From NCBI GenBank assembly GCA_947175325.1, contig CAMWME010000007.1:6657-70656 (forward strand): a stretch of DNA of 64,000 nucleotides, written 5' to 3'. Source of the DNA: an uncultured Clostridia bacterium. GTDB taxonomy: Bacteria; Bacillota; Clostridia; Christensenellales; Borkfalkiaceae. Numbering within the stretch: position 1 is the first letter of the stretch; the number at the start of each line of letters is the position of its first letter. Under the pieces are notes generated by a model, which did not search any database, was not told the DNA's origin, and was given only the letters and a program-made list of their open reading frames with translations. This document shows positions 35,110 through 43,506 of the stretch, one piece after another. The position numbers and the translations under genes were made by a program.

Positions 35110-35883
35110 ATGGAAGAAATTTTAAAGGTTGAAGGGCTTACAAAAACCTTTAAACAACCCAAAAAGCTTTTCAAAAAAGCGGAAGGACCCGAAACGGTAG
35201 TGGCCGTAAACAACCTTTCTTTCGCCGCGTATAAAGGTGAAATTTTCGGGCTTTTAGGTCCTAACGGCGCGGGCAAAACCACCACTTTAAGAATACTTGC
35301 CACCCTCATAAAACCCGATAGCGGCAACGCGCATATTTGCGGCAAAAGCGTCGTTTCGGAGGAGGACGAAGTCCGCAAAAAAATTGGCTTTTTAACTAGC
35401 GAGTTAAAGCTTGAAGACGCCTTCACGCCCGACTATCTCTTCGACTTTTTCAGCGGACTTTACGGCATTGATAAAAGCATAGCCCAGTCAAGGAAGTTCA
35501 GCCTTTTCCAAAAGTTCGGTATCGACGCGTTCAAAAACCAAAAGTACGGCAACTTGTCTACGGGTATGAAGCAGAAGGTAGCCCTCGTCGTATCCATCGC
35601 CCACGACCCCGAATTTATCATTTTCGATGAGCCGACCAACGGACTTGACGTGCTCACCGCCCGCGTTGTAACCGACTTTTTGCAAGAGCTTCGCGCCGAC
35701 GGTAAAACAATAATACTTTCAACCCACATATTCAGCCTCGTCGAAAAGCTGTGCGATAGGGTGGGTATTCTAATCGACGGCAAGCTTGCCGCCCTCGACA
35801 CGCTTGAAAATCTTACCAAAGAAAAGAACCTTGAAGATACCTTCTTCGAGCTGTACGAAAAGGTTACGGGGGCAAAGATATGA
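35110..35883 (+). CDS. ABC transporter ATP-binding protein (ABC-2/NatA-like)
   Basis: Walker A GPNGAGKTT, signature LSTGMKQKV, Walker B IIFDEP. The start is set at ATG 35110 behind AAAGGAG (the track start at 35095 is a TTG inside the RBS). Confidence 0.9.
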   Translation: MEEILKVEGLTKTFKQPKKLFKKAEGPETVVAVNNLSFAAYKGEIFGLLGPNGAGKTTTLRILATLIKPDSGNAHICGKSVVSEEDEVRKKIGFLTSELKLEDAFTPDYLFDFFSGLYGIDKSIAQSRKFSLFQKFGIDAFKNQKYGNLSTGMKQKVALVVSIAHDPEFIIFDEPTNGLDVLTARVVTDFLQELRADGKTIILSTHIFSLVEKLCDRVGILIDGKLAALDTLENLTKEKNLEDTFFELYEKVTGAKI

Positions 35884-37013
35884 AAAACGTTCTTTTGATA
35901 ATCAAAAAAGAGTTCAACCGTTTTTTCAAGGACAGAAGAATGATATTAATGCTCTTTCTTCCGGGGCTACTCATTTTCTGTCTTTACTCGCTAATCGGCA
36001 CCGTAATGGAAAAAGCCGCACCGACGATTCCCGAAGGTTATAAACCTACGGTTTATTTCTGCCGATTGCCCGACGGATTTTTAAGCGAAAACGACTTGAA
36101 ATTGTTAGAGGGAAAAGACTTCGAAACTTTGGAAGAAGCAAAATCTAACGTCGCCGAAGGCACCTTGGATATCGTCGTCGAATTCCAAGCAAATTTCACT
36201 GCGGCAGTCGAAGGGAGCAGCAGACCCGAAGTCAAAGTTTACTACAATTCGTCCGTGCAGACTTCTATCGTGGGTTATACGCTTGCAACGGGAATTTTAA
36301 GCGGGCATAACGCGTTTACCGTTAATTCAACCCCAACCGAAAAATTCGATTTGGTTGACGAGGACGAGCAAGTAACTAACATATTTGCAATGGTAATACC
36401 TTTACTAATGTTTTCACTTCTCGCGTCGTCGTGTATCTCCGTTGCGCCCGAGGCCATCGCGGGCGAAAAGGAGAGGGGTACGATGGCGACCATGCTCATC
36501 ACCCCAGTAAAGAGAATTGAAATAGTCCTCGGCAAAATATTAAGTCTTTCGTGCTACGCTATGCTAAGCGGAATTATCAGCTTCCTCGGCGTCATACTTT
36601 CGCTGCCTAAGCTTTCGGGCGGGCTACTCAATTTAGGGGCAGTTTCCTACGGAGTAGGAACTTACTTCATGTTATTCGGGCTTATAATCTCTATCGTCCT
36701 CGTAATGATTTCGGCGTTCTCGGTTCTTTCGACGCTTGCCAAAAACGTCAAAGAGGCAACCGCTTTTATCGGTCCCTTAATGCTCGTAATAATATTGCTC
36801 GGAATGTCGAGTATGTTCTTCACCAACCCGTCCGTGGGGCTTTACGCAATACCTTTTATCGGTAGCGGAATAGCAATGTCGGCGGTACTATCAACCACGG
36901 CATCCGCCCTCGGCGTAGTGCTCGCCATACTTTCCAACTTGGTTCTAACCGCCCTTTTGGTAGTTCTAATGGGCTTTATGTTCAAAAAAGAGAATATAAT
37001 GTTAAAGAAGTAG
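35880..37013 (+). CDS. ABC-2 type transporter permease (NatB-like)
   Basis: N-terminal TM helix, a large extracytoplasmic loop, then 5 C-terminal TM helices. 4-nt overlap with the ATPase gene. Confidence 0.8.
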   Translation: MKNVLLIIKKEFNRFFKDRRMILMLFLPGLLIFCLYSLIGTVMEKAAPTIPEGYKPTVYFCRLPDGFLSENDLKLLEGKDFETLEEAKSNVAEGTLDIVVEFQANFTAAVEGSSRPEVKVYYNSSVQTSIVGYTLATGILSGHNAFTVNSTPTEKFDLVDEDEQVTNIFAMVIPLLMFSLLASSCISVAPEAIAGEKERGTMATMLITPVKRIEIVLGKILSLSCYAMLSGIISFLGVILSLPKLSGGLLNLGAVSYGVGTYFMLFGLIISIVLVMISAFSVLSTLAKNVKEATAFIGPLMLVIILLGMSSMFFTNPSVGLYAIPFIGSGIAMSAVLSTTASALGVVLAILSNLVLTALLVVLMGFMFKKENIMLKK

Positions 37014-37015
37014 CA

Positions 37016-37050
37016 AAAAGCCGCCGTCGATAACCGACGGCGGCTTCTCG
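37016..37050. terminator. Bidirectional terminator (permease gene and ffs)
   Basis: GCCGCCGTCG (37020-37029) pairs with CGACGGCGGC (37035-37044). There is a T-run on the minus strand. Confidence 0.7.
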
Positions 37051-37059
37051 TATTCAAAT

Positions 37060-37331
37060 AAAACTGTGCAGTCTTTTTTGCCGTAATAAGCCGAAACGTT
37101 AACTTTGCAGGTGGCTCCACCAAAGCTACCTTATGGCACACCGACGGGACTGTTTAGTGCTGCTATATCCCTATCCTGACACGGTTCGCAGTTGTCGGTT
37201 GCATAAGACCTTGGTATCAACACCCCTTACAAAGCGCAGCTTTCCACTTATTGCGTCGAGAAAGACAATTCGGTCCTGCTATTGCGGATTGCAGGTACAG
37301 GGCACCGCAAACTCCCCACTTAGCACAGTGG
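37060..37331 (-). ncRNA. ffs: Signal recognition particle RNA, long Bacillus type (scRNA with Alu domain)
   Basis: The minus strand reads GUGCUAAGUGGGGAGUUUGCGGUGCCCUGUACCUGCAAUCCGC...GUGUCAGGAUAGGGAUAUAGCAGC.... This closely parallels B. subtilis scRNA (GUGCUAAGCGGGGAGGUAGCGGUGCCCUGUACCUGCAAUCCGC...GUCAGGUCCGGAAGGAAGCAGC). The 5' and 3' ends are complementary (CACUGUGC / GCACAGU). ORFs 36842-37141(-) and 37133-37342(+) are spurious. Confidence 0.85.
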
Positions 37332-37335
37332 AAAC

Positions 37336-37364
37336 ATTTTAACAGATATTTAATTTTTTTGCAA
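37336..37364 (-). promoter_or_regulatory. SigA promoter of ffs
   Basis: On the minus strand: TTGCAA, 17-nt spacer, TAAAAT, ending about 6 nt before the predicted RNA 5' end. Confidence 0.55.
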
Positions 37365-37402
37365 CTAAATTTGCGGCTTTCAAGGCTTTATTCGGTATTA
37401 GC

Positions 37403-37431
37403 TTGACAATTTTTTGTCGATAAACTAAAAT
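37403..37431 (+). promoter_or_regulatory. SigA promoter of the Mrp-like gene
   Basis: TTGACA, 17-nt spacer, TAAAAT. Confidence 0.55.
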
Positions 37432-37459
37432 AAAGAAAAAATTTTCAAGGTATGTATTT

Positions 37460-38293
37460 ATGGCAAACTGTTCACACGACTGTTCTTCATGCGGCGACAG
37501 CGGTTGCGCTTCCCGCAAAAAAGAAAGCCTTATAAAAAAACCTCACGAAATGAGCGATATTAAAAAAGTAATCGCCGTCGTTTCGGGTAAGGGCGGAGTA
37601 GGCAAGTCTATGACTTGTGCACTTCTTGCCGCCGCCGCGCAAGCAAGCGGCAAAGTTACCGCCGTTATGGATGCCGACATCACTGGCCCCTCGATTCCCC
37701 GTATGTTCGGTGCTGATAAGCGCGCCATGGGTTCGGATAACGGAATTTTACCCGTCGTAACCGAAGGCGGAGTGCAGATAATGTCAATGAACGTTCTCTT
37801 AGAGAACGAGGCGGAGCCCGTCGTTTGGCGCGGCTCGCTCATTTCGGGCACCGTTTTGCAGTTCTGGACGGACGTAATTTGGACGGGCGTAGATATAATG
37901 TTCATCGATATGCCCCCTGGCACGGGCGACGTGCCTTTGACGGTATTCCAAAGTATCCCCATCGACGGAATAGTGGTGGTAACCACCCCTCAAGATTTGG
38001 TGGGTATGATAGTGCAGAAAGCCGTTAACATGGCTCAGATGATGAATATCCCCATTCTCGGCATCGTCGAGAATATGAGTTATATCAAGTGCCCCGACTG
38101 CGGCATAAAAATTCCCGTTTTCGGCGAAAGCAAGGTTGACGCTATCGCTATGGAATACGGTATTCCCAACGTTGCAAAGCTTCCCATCGACCGTGACTTA
38201 ACCGTTGCCGCCGACGGTGGAAAAATAGAAGAGGTAGAGGATAACCCTTTGACCGATTTCTTGGGCAAAATTCTCAAAAAAGTGAAGCTTTAA
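37460..38293 (+). CDS. Mrp/NBP35/ApbC-family Fe-S cluster carrier ATPase
   Basis: Deviant Walker A SGKGGVGKS, CPxC-like ...IKCPDCG.... Cys-rich N-terminus CSHDCSSCGDSGC. Confidence 0.85.
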   Translation: MANCSHDCSSCGDSGCASRKKESLIKKPHEMSDIKKVIAVVSGKGGVGKSMTCALLAAAAQASGKVTAVMDADITGPSIPRMFGADKRAMGSDNGILPVVTEGGVQIMSMNVLLENEAEPVVWRGSLISGTVLQFWTDVIWTGVDIMFIDMPPGTGDVPLTVFQSIPIDGIVVVTTPQDLVGMIVQKAVNMAQMMNIPILGIVENMSYIKCPDCGIKIPVFGESKVDAIAMEYGIPNVAKLPIDRDLTVAADGGKIEEVEDNPLTDFLGKILKKVKL

Positions 38294-38374
38294 AATCACG
38301 CAAAGCCACTTAGGACACCCCGTCCGAGCGGCTTTTTTATTTACAAACATGTAAATACATTTTTAAAATTTCTG

Positions 38375-38421
38375 TTGACTGTGGACTTTTTTTAAGATAT
38401 AATACATTTTGAGTAAATGTA
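38375..38421 (+). promoter_or_regulatory. SigA promoter of the deo operon with an overlapping inverted repeat (candidate operator)
   Basis: TTGACT (38375-38380), 17-nt spacer, TATAAT (38398-38403). TACATTT (38403-38409) and AAATGTA (38415-38421) form a 7-bp inverted repeat. A related ATGTAAATACATTT lies at 38349-38362. Confidence 0.5.
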
Positions 38422-38436
38422 ACTAAGGGGAAAATA

Positions 38437-39090
38437 ATGGACGTTAATGAAATTTTAAGCAAATGCGACCACACTCTTTTATCCGTCACGGCAACGTGGG
38501 CGGACATCAAGGCAATTATCGACGACGGAATTAAGTATCACACCGCGTCGGTGTGCATACCGCCTTACTTCGTGGGCGATGCAAAAAAATATGCCGACGG
38601 CAAAGTTGCCATCTGCACGGTAATCGGCTTTCCGAACGGCTACAACACCAAGGAAGTAAAGGTGTTTGAAACTGCCGACGCAGTTAAAAACGGCGCAGAC
38701 GAAATTGATATGGTAATCAATATCGGTGATTTAAAAGCTAAAAATTACGATAAAATCCAAGACGAAATCGTCGCAATAAAGAAGGCGTGTGGAGGAAAGA
38801 TTTTAAAGGTTATTATCGAAACTTGCCTTCTTACCGAGGACGAGAAGATTAAAATGTGCGAAATCGTAACCGCCGCAAAAGCCGACTTTATCAAGACCTC
38901 TACGGGCTTTTCCACTGCGGGTGCCACGCGTGAGGACGTGATTATTTTCAGTAAACACGTCGGCAAAGACGTTAAAATCAAAGCGGCGGGCGGAATTGCG
39001 TCCCTAAAAGACGCGGAAGATTTCGTAACTCTTGGCGCAAGCAGACTCGGCACTTCGCGCGTGGTAAAAATCGTAAAGGAAGGGAAGTAG
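38437..39090 (+). CDS. deoC: Deoxyribose-phosphate aldolase
   Basis: DHTLL N-terminal motif, the Schiff-base lysine context FIKTSTGF, and KAAGGI. Confidence 0.92.
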   Translation: MDVNEILSKCDHTLLSVTATWADIKAIIDDGIKYHTASVCIPPYFVGDAKKYADGKVAICTVIGFPNGYNTKEVKVFETADAVKNGADEIDMVINIGDLKAKNYDKIQDEIVAIKKACGGKILKVIIETCLLTEDEKIKMCEIVTAAKADFIKTSTGFSTAGATREDVIIFSKHVGKDVKIKAAGGIASLKDAEDFVTLGASRLGTSRVVKIVKEGK

Positions 39091-39091
39091 T

Positions 39092-39820
39092 ATGAGTAAC
39101 GAAGTAAAACACCCCAACGTTCCCACCCCGCACATAACCGCAAAGTACGGTGATTTTGCAAAGACCGTGCTTATGCCGGGCGACCCTTTAAGGGCAAAAT
39201 TTATTGCCGAAAACTTTTTGGAAAATCCCGTTCTCGTCAACAACGTTCGCGGCGTCAACGGCTACACGGGCACCTATAACGGCAAGCGCGTTTCGGTCAT
39301 GGCTTCGGGAATGGGTCAGCCGTCTATCGGCATTTACTCGTACGAGCTGTACAACTTCTACGGCGTTGAAAACATTATCCGCATAGGCTCGTGCGGTTCG
39401 TTCGATAAGGACTTGCACGTCCGCGATATCATAATCGCCCAAGGCGCTTGCACCAACGGCAACTACGCTATGCAATACAACCTTCCCGGCACGTTCTGCC
39501 CCATTGCGGACTTTTCGCTTTTACGCCGTGCGGCTGAGCTGTGCGAAAAGGCTGGCGTTAATTATAAGGTCGGCAACATTTTCTCGTCTGATATGTTCTA
39601 CGACGATATGAACAGCGGTATGCAATGGGCAAAAATGGGCGTTTTAGGCGTTGAAATGGAAAGCGCAGCCCTTTATTGCAACGCTGCCCGCGCCGGCAAA
39701 AAAGCGCTTTGCATATGCACAGTAAGCGACAGCTTTATCTACCCCGAAGAAAACACGACGGCGGAAGAGAGGCAGAACTCGTTTACCAATATGATGAAAA
39801 TTGCGTTGGAGCTTGCTTAA
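39092..39820 (+). CDS. deoD: Purine nucleoside phosphorylase, DeoD type
   Basis: TPHI.A..GDFA..VLMPGDPLRAKFIAE.FLE....NNVRG..G.TGTY.G...SVM..GMG.PS closely parallels E. coli DeoD. Confidence 0.93.
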   Translation: MSNEVKHPNVPTPHITAKYGDFAKTVLMPGDPLRAKFIAENFLENPVLVNNVRGVNGYTGTYNGKRVSVMASGMGQPSIGIYSYELYNFYGVENIIRIGSCGSFDKDLHVRDIIIAQGACTNGNYAMQYNLPGTFCPIADFSLLRRAAELCEKAGVNYKVGNIFSSDMFYDDMNSGMQWAKMGVLGVEMESAALYCNAARAGKKALCICTVSDSFIYPEENTTAEERQNSFTNMMKIALELA

Positions 39821-39821
39821 A

Positions 39822-40985
39822 ATGTCAAAAAGATTTTTCCTTATAGTACTTGACAGCTTCGGCGTCGGCGAACTTCCCGACGCATACAAGTGGAAGGACG
39901 AGGGCAGCAACACCTTGGGTGCGATTCGCAATCACCCCAACTTCAACTGCCCCAACCTTACAAACCTCGGCCTTTTCAATATCGAGGGAGTAGGAGGCGG
40001 TATCGCTTCTCCCAAGGCAAGCTATGCAAGGATGTGCGAGCAGTCTATGGGTAAGGATACCACTATAGGTCACTGGGAAATCGCGGGCATAATTTCCCCC
40101 GAGCCTCTGCCGACCTATCCTAACGGCTTCCCCGACGAAGTTATCAAGGAATTCGAAAAACTTACCGGAAGAAAAGTTATCTGCAACAAACCGTACTCGG
40201 GCACCGAAGTTATCAAGGACTACGGTCGCGAGCACGTTGAAACGGGCGCGCTTATTGTCTACACCTCGGCGGACAGCGTGTTCCAAATTGCCGCACACGA
40301 GGATATCGTTCCCGTGGAAAAACTTTACGAATACTGCGAAATCGCGCGTAAGATTCTCGTCGGCAAGCACGGCGTAGGCAGAGTAATTGCCCGCCCCTTC
40401 AACGGCGAATATCCCTTCACGCGCACTTCGAACAGACACGACTTTTCGTTGCTTCCCCCCAAGGACACGATGCTCAACGTTTTGCAGCGCGCTGGCTACG
40501 ATACCATTTCCGTCGGCAAAATTTACGATATTTTTGCGGGCAGCGGCGTTTCCGAAAGCCACCGCACCACTTCGAATACTCACGGAATGGAGGTAACGAA
40601 GGAGTTACAGAAAAAAGACTTTTCGGGTCTTTGCTTTGTAAACCTCGTCGATTTCGATATGAAGTACGGGCACCGCAACGACGTGCCCGGCTATGCCGCC
40701 GCCGCGACGGAGTTCGATAACTTCTTGTCAACCTTCCTTCCCGAAATGAGAGAGGACGATATTTTATTGATTACGGCGGACCACGGCTGCGACCCCGCAA
40801 CGCCGTCCACCGACCATTCCCGCGAATATACGCCTATGCTGATTTGCGGCAAGTCGATTAAAAGCGGTGTCAATCTCGGCACCCGCTCAAGCTTTTCGGA
40901 TATCAGTGCAACCGTACTCGAATACTTCGGCGTTGCACAACAAGGTACCAAAGGCGAAAGCTTCTTAAAGGCGGTAACCAAATGA
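39822..40985 (+). CDS. deoB: Phosphopentomutase
   Basis: MSKRFFLIVLDSFGVGELPDA start (ATG 39822, 1 nt after the deoD stop), GKDTT.GHWE, TADHGCDP. The antisense ORF 39825-40583(-) is a shadow. Confidence 0.93.
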   Translation: MSKRFFLIVLDSFGVGELPDAYKWKDEGSNTLGAIRNHPNFNCPNLTNLGLFNIEGVGGGIASPKASYARMCEQSMGKDTTIGHWEIAGIISPEPLPTYPNGFPDEVIKEFEKLTGRKVICNKPYSGTEVIKDYGREHVETGALIVYTSADSVFQIAAHEDIVPVEKLYEYCEIARKILVGKHGVGRVIARPFNGEYPFTRTSNRHDFSLLPPKDTMLNVLQRAGYDTISVGKIYDIFAGSGVSESHRTTSNTHGMEVTKELQKKDFSGLCFVNLVDFDMKYGHRNDVPGYAAAATEFDNFLSTFLPEMREDDILLITADHGCDPATPSTDHSREYTPMLICGKSIKSGVNLGTRSSFSDISATVLEYFGVAQQGTKGESFLKAVTK

Positions 40986-41386
40986 CCGATTATAAATCGC
41001 TTATGATTGAGGCGCAAGAAGCGCGTAAAAAATCTTATTCACCTTATTCGCATTTCTGCGTGGGGGCGGCGTTACTTACCAAAAGCGGCAAAGTCTACAC
41101 GGGCTGCAATATTGAAAACGCAGCTTACACACCCACGAACTGTGCCGAGCGCACGGCAATTTTCAAAGCCGTAAGCGAGGGTGAGCGCGAGTTCGAAGCA
41201 ATCGCAATCGTCGGTGGCAGAGCAAACGAGAAGGGCGGGTTTTGCGCCCCTTGCGGCGTTTGCAGACAAGTAATTTGCGAGTTCTGCGAAAAGGACTTTA
41301 AAATCGTTCTCGGTGACGAGGAGCAGCTCAAAGTCTACACGCTTTCCGAACTGTTGCCGTTTTCGTTCTCGAAAAACGACTTATAA
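40982..41386 (+). CDS. cdd: Cytidine deaminase
   Basis: CAERTAIF and PCGVCRQ zinc motifs. 134 aa (tetrameric type). Confidence 0.92.
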   Translation: MTDYKSLMIEAQEARKKSYSPYSHFCVGAALLTKSGKVYTGCNIENAAYTPTNCAERTAIFKAVSEGEREFEAIAIVGGRANEKGGFCAPCGVCRQVICEFCEKDFKIVLGDEEQLKVYTLSELLPFSFSKNDL

Positions 41387-41403
41387 TTTACCGCGGATAA
41401 AAT

Positions 41404-43506
41404 ATGAAAAAATTTTTAATTAAAATTTCGGTTGTAATAATTGCGGCGCTTATGCTCTTTACGGCAGTCGGCTGTTCGTATTTGGAAGAGCTTTTGAAAA
41501 CGTCGCCCAAAACGCCTACGCCTACGCCCAATCTTCCCAAGCTTCCCGCGCCCGAAGTAACTGTCGACAGCGACGGCGTCGCCTCGTGGGAGAGGGTGGA
41601 CGGTGCACTTTACTACGCTTACGTCATCGACGTCGGCGATGAAATGTTGACCGACGAGTACAGCGTTCTGCTTAAAGAAAACGAGTCCGTAAGGGTAAAG
41701 GCAATAAGCGGCAGCGCAGAGTATGACGACAGCGATTTTTCCGAAATAAAGACCTATATCAAGAGTTCCGTTCAAACGACTAAGCTTGCCACGCCGCAAG
41801 TATCAATAGATAGCAACGGCGTTGCCGCTTGGGGTAAAATAACAAACGCGCAGTATTACGTTTACGTAATTGATAACGGCGCGGAAAAAACAACTACCCA
41901 GTGCAGCGTTCAGCTTACCGAAAACCAGTCAATCAAGGTTAAGGCGGCAAGCAACGACGAACGGTACACGGACAGTGCTTTTTCTCAGTCTAAAACTTAT
42001 ACGAAGCCGGTCGTCCCGCCCGTCACGTGCACTCACACCGATTCTAACAGCGACGGTATTTGCGATACGTGCAAAGAAAGCGTTATGGCTGAACTTTCCT
42101 TTTTGGCGGTAAACGACTTGCACGGCAAGTTTATGGACACGTCCAGCCAACCCGGTGTTGACGAATTTACCACGTATTTAAAGAATTTATACAAAGATAC
42201 TACGCGTGAAGAAGTATTGCTATCATCCGGCGATATGTGGCAAGGCACCGTTGAATCTTCAACCAACAAAGGTCAGCTTATGACCGAGTGGATGAACGAC
42301 GTCGGTTTTGCTTCGATGACGCTCGGCAACCACGAATTCGACTGGGGCTCGGACGTGCTGACTCCGAATAGCAAGCTTGCGGACTTCCCGTTCCTTGCAA
42401 TCAACGTTAAATACAACAACAAACCCGTAGACTACTGTAAGGCTTCAACTACCGTTGAAAAGGGCGGTGTAAAGATAGGCATAATCGGTGCGATAGGCGA
42501 TTGTTTGAGTTCTATTGCCAGCGAATCCAGAACGGGGTTAAGTTTTGTTATTGGCAACGAATTGACTAAGCTTGTAAAGGCCGAAGCAACGAGGCTCAGA
42601 ACCCAGGAAGGGTGCGATTTTATAGTTTACTCCATTCACGACGGCGGTGATACTTTTTCCTCGTCGGGGATAAACTCGGTTTCGTCATCGCAAATTTCTA
42701 CCTATTACGACGTTTCGCTTTCAAACGGATACGTTGACCTCGTGTTCGAGGGGCACGTTCATAAGCAGTATATTTTACAAGACGAATACGGAGTTTACCA
42801 TTTGCAAGGTGCCAGTGAAAACAAATACGTAAGTTGTGCGGAAGTTTCATATAACACTGTAACCGGTAAATATACCGTAGCGCCCAGCCATATCGGCACG
42901 AACGTTTATGCAAACAGCAAATTAAAGGACGACCCTATAGTCAACACGCTTTACAAAAAATATTTCCCCGACAGCGACCCCTATGCCGTTATAGGTACTA
43001 CCACCTCAACGAGGAACTCGACAACCATTTGCGAAACGGTTGCCCAACTGTACTATGAGAAGGGCAGAGAGCTTTGGAGCACGTATAACGTCGTGCTTGG
43101 CGGCGGTTATTTGAATGCGCGCAATCCCTATAACGTTTACCAAGGCAACGTTTCTTATGCGGATTTGTTTTCGGTTATGCCGTTTAATAACGATATCGTT
43201 CTTGGCAAAATAAAGGGTTCGGATTTAAAATCACGGTTTTTGAATAACAGTGACTATAAGAAATACACGACCGTAAGCGCTTCCTCGGTATTAGACAACG
43301 AATATTACTATATAGTAATAGACACTTACACTTCTACTTACACGAAAAACAATATCACGCAAGTTAAGCGATTAGAGGGTATTTACGCAAGGGATTTACT
43401 TGCCGACTTCGTTTCAAAAGGCGGCTGGGGCACGGGCACGAAAAGTACTGCTTACTACGGTAACCTTTCACAAGATTTTAAAAATATAACGGGGTACGCC
43501 CTATGA
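41404..43506 (+). CDS. Lipoprotein with a metallophosphoesterase / 5'-nucleotidase (UshA/YhcR-like) catalytic domain and two N-terminal tandem beta modules
   Basis: Lipobox FTAVG-C. Calcineurin-like motifs NDLHGKF, SGDMWQGT and GNHEFDW, with H ligands (IHDGG, GHVH). Two repeats of about 75 aa at roughly 41545-41764 and 41785-42004. Confidence 0.8.
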   Translation: MKKFLIKISVVIIAALMLFTAVGCSYLEELLKTSPKTPTPTPNLPKLPAPEVTVDSDGVASWERVDGALYYAYVIDVGDEMLTDEYSVLLKENESVRVKAISGSAEYDDSDFSEIKTYIKSSVQTTKLATPQVSIDSNGVAAWGKITNAQYYVYVIDNGAEKTTTQCSVQLTENQSIKVKAASNDERYTDSAFSQSKTYTKPVVPPVTCTHTDSNSDGICDTCKESVMAELSFLAVNDLHGKFMDTSSQPGVDEFTTYLKNLYKDTTREEVLLSSGDMWQGTVESSTNKGQLMTEWMNDVGFASMTLGNHEFDWGSDVLTPNSKLADFPFLAINVKYNNKPVDYCKASTTVEKGGVKIGIIGAIGDCLSSIASESRTGLSFVIGNELTKLVKAEATRLRTQEGCDFIVYSIHDGGDTFSSSGINSVSSSQISTYYDVSLSNGYVDLVFEGHVHKQYILQDEYGVYHLQGASENKYVSCAEVSYNTVTGKYTVAPSHIGTNVYANSKLKDDPIVNTLYKKYFPDSDPYAVIGTTTSTRNSTTICETVAQLYYEKGRELWSTYNVVLGGGYLNARNPYNVYQGNVSYADLFSVMPFNNDIVLGKIKGSDLKSRFLNNSDYKKYTTVSASSVLDNEYYYIVIDTYTSTYTKNNITQVKRLEGIYARDLLADFVSKGGWGTGTKSTAYYGNLSQDFKNITGYAL

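Noticed and set aside
36842-37342. Two ORFs (99 aa on the minus strand, 69 aa on the plus strand) in the permease/Mrp intergenic region.
   Set aside because: The region is the SRP RNA gene. The ORFs have no RBS and implausible composition.
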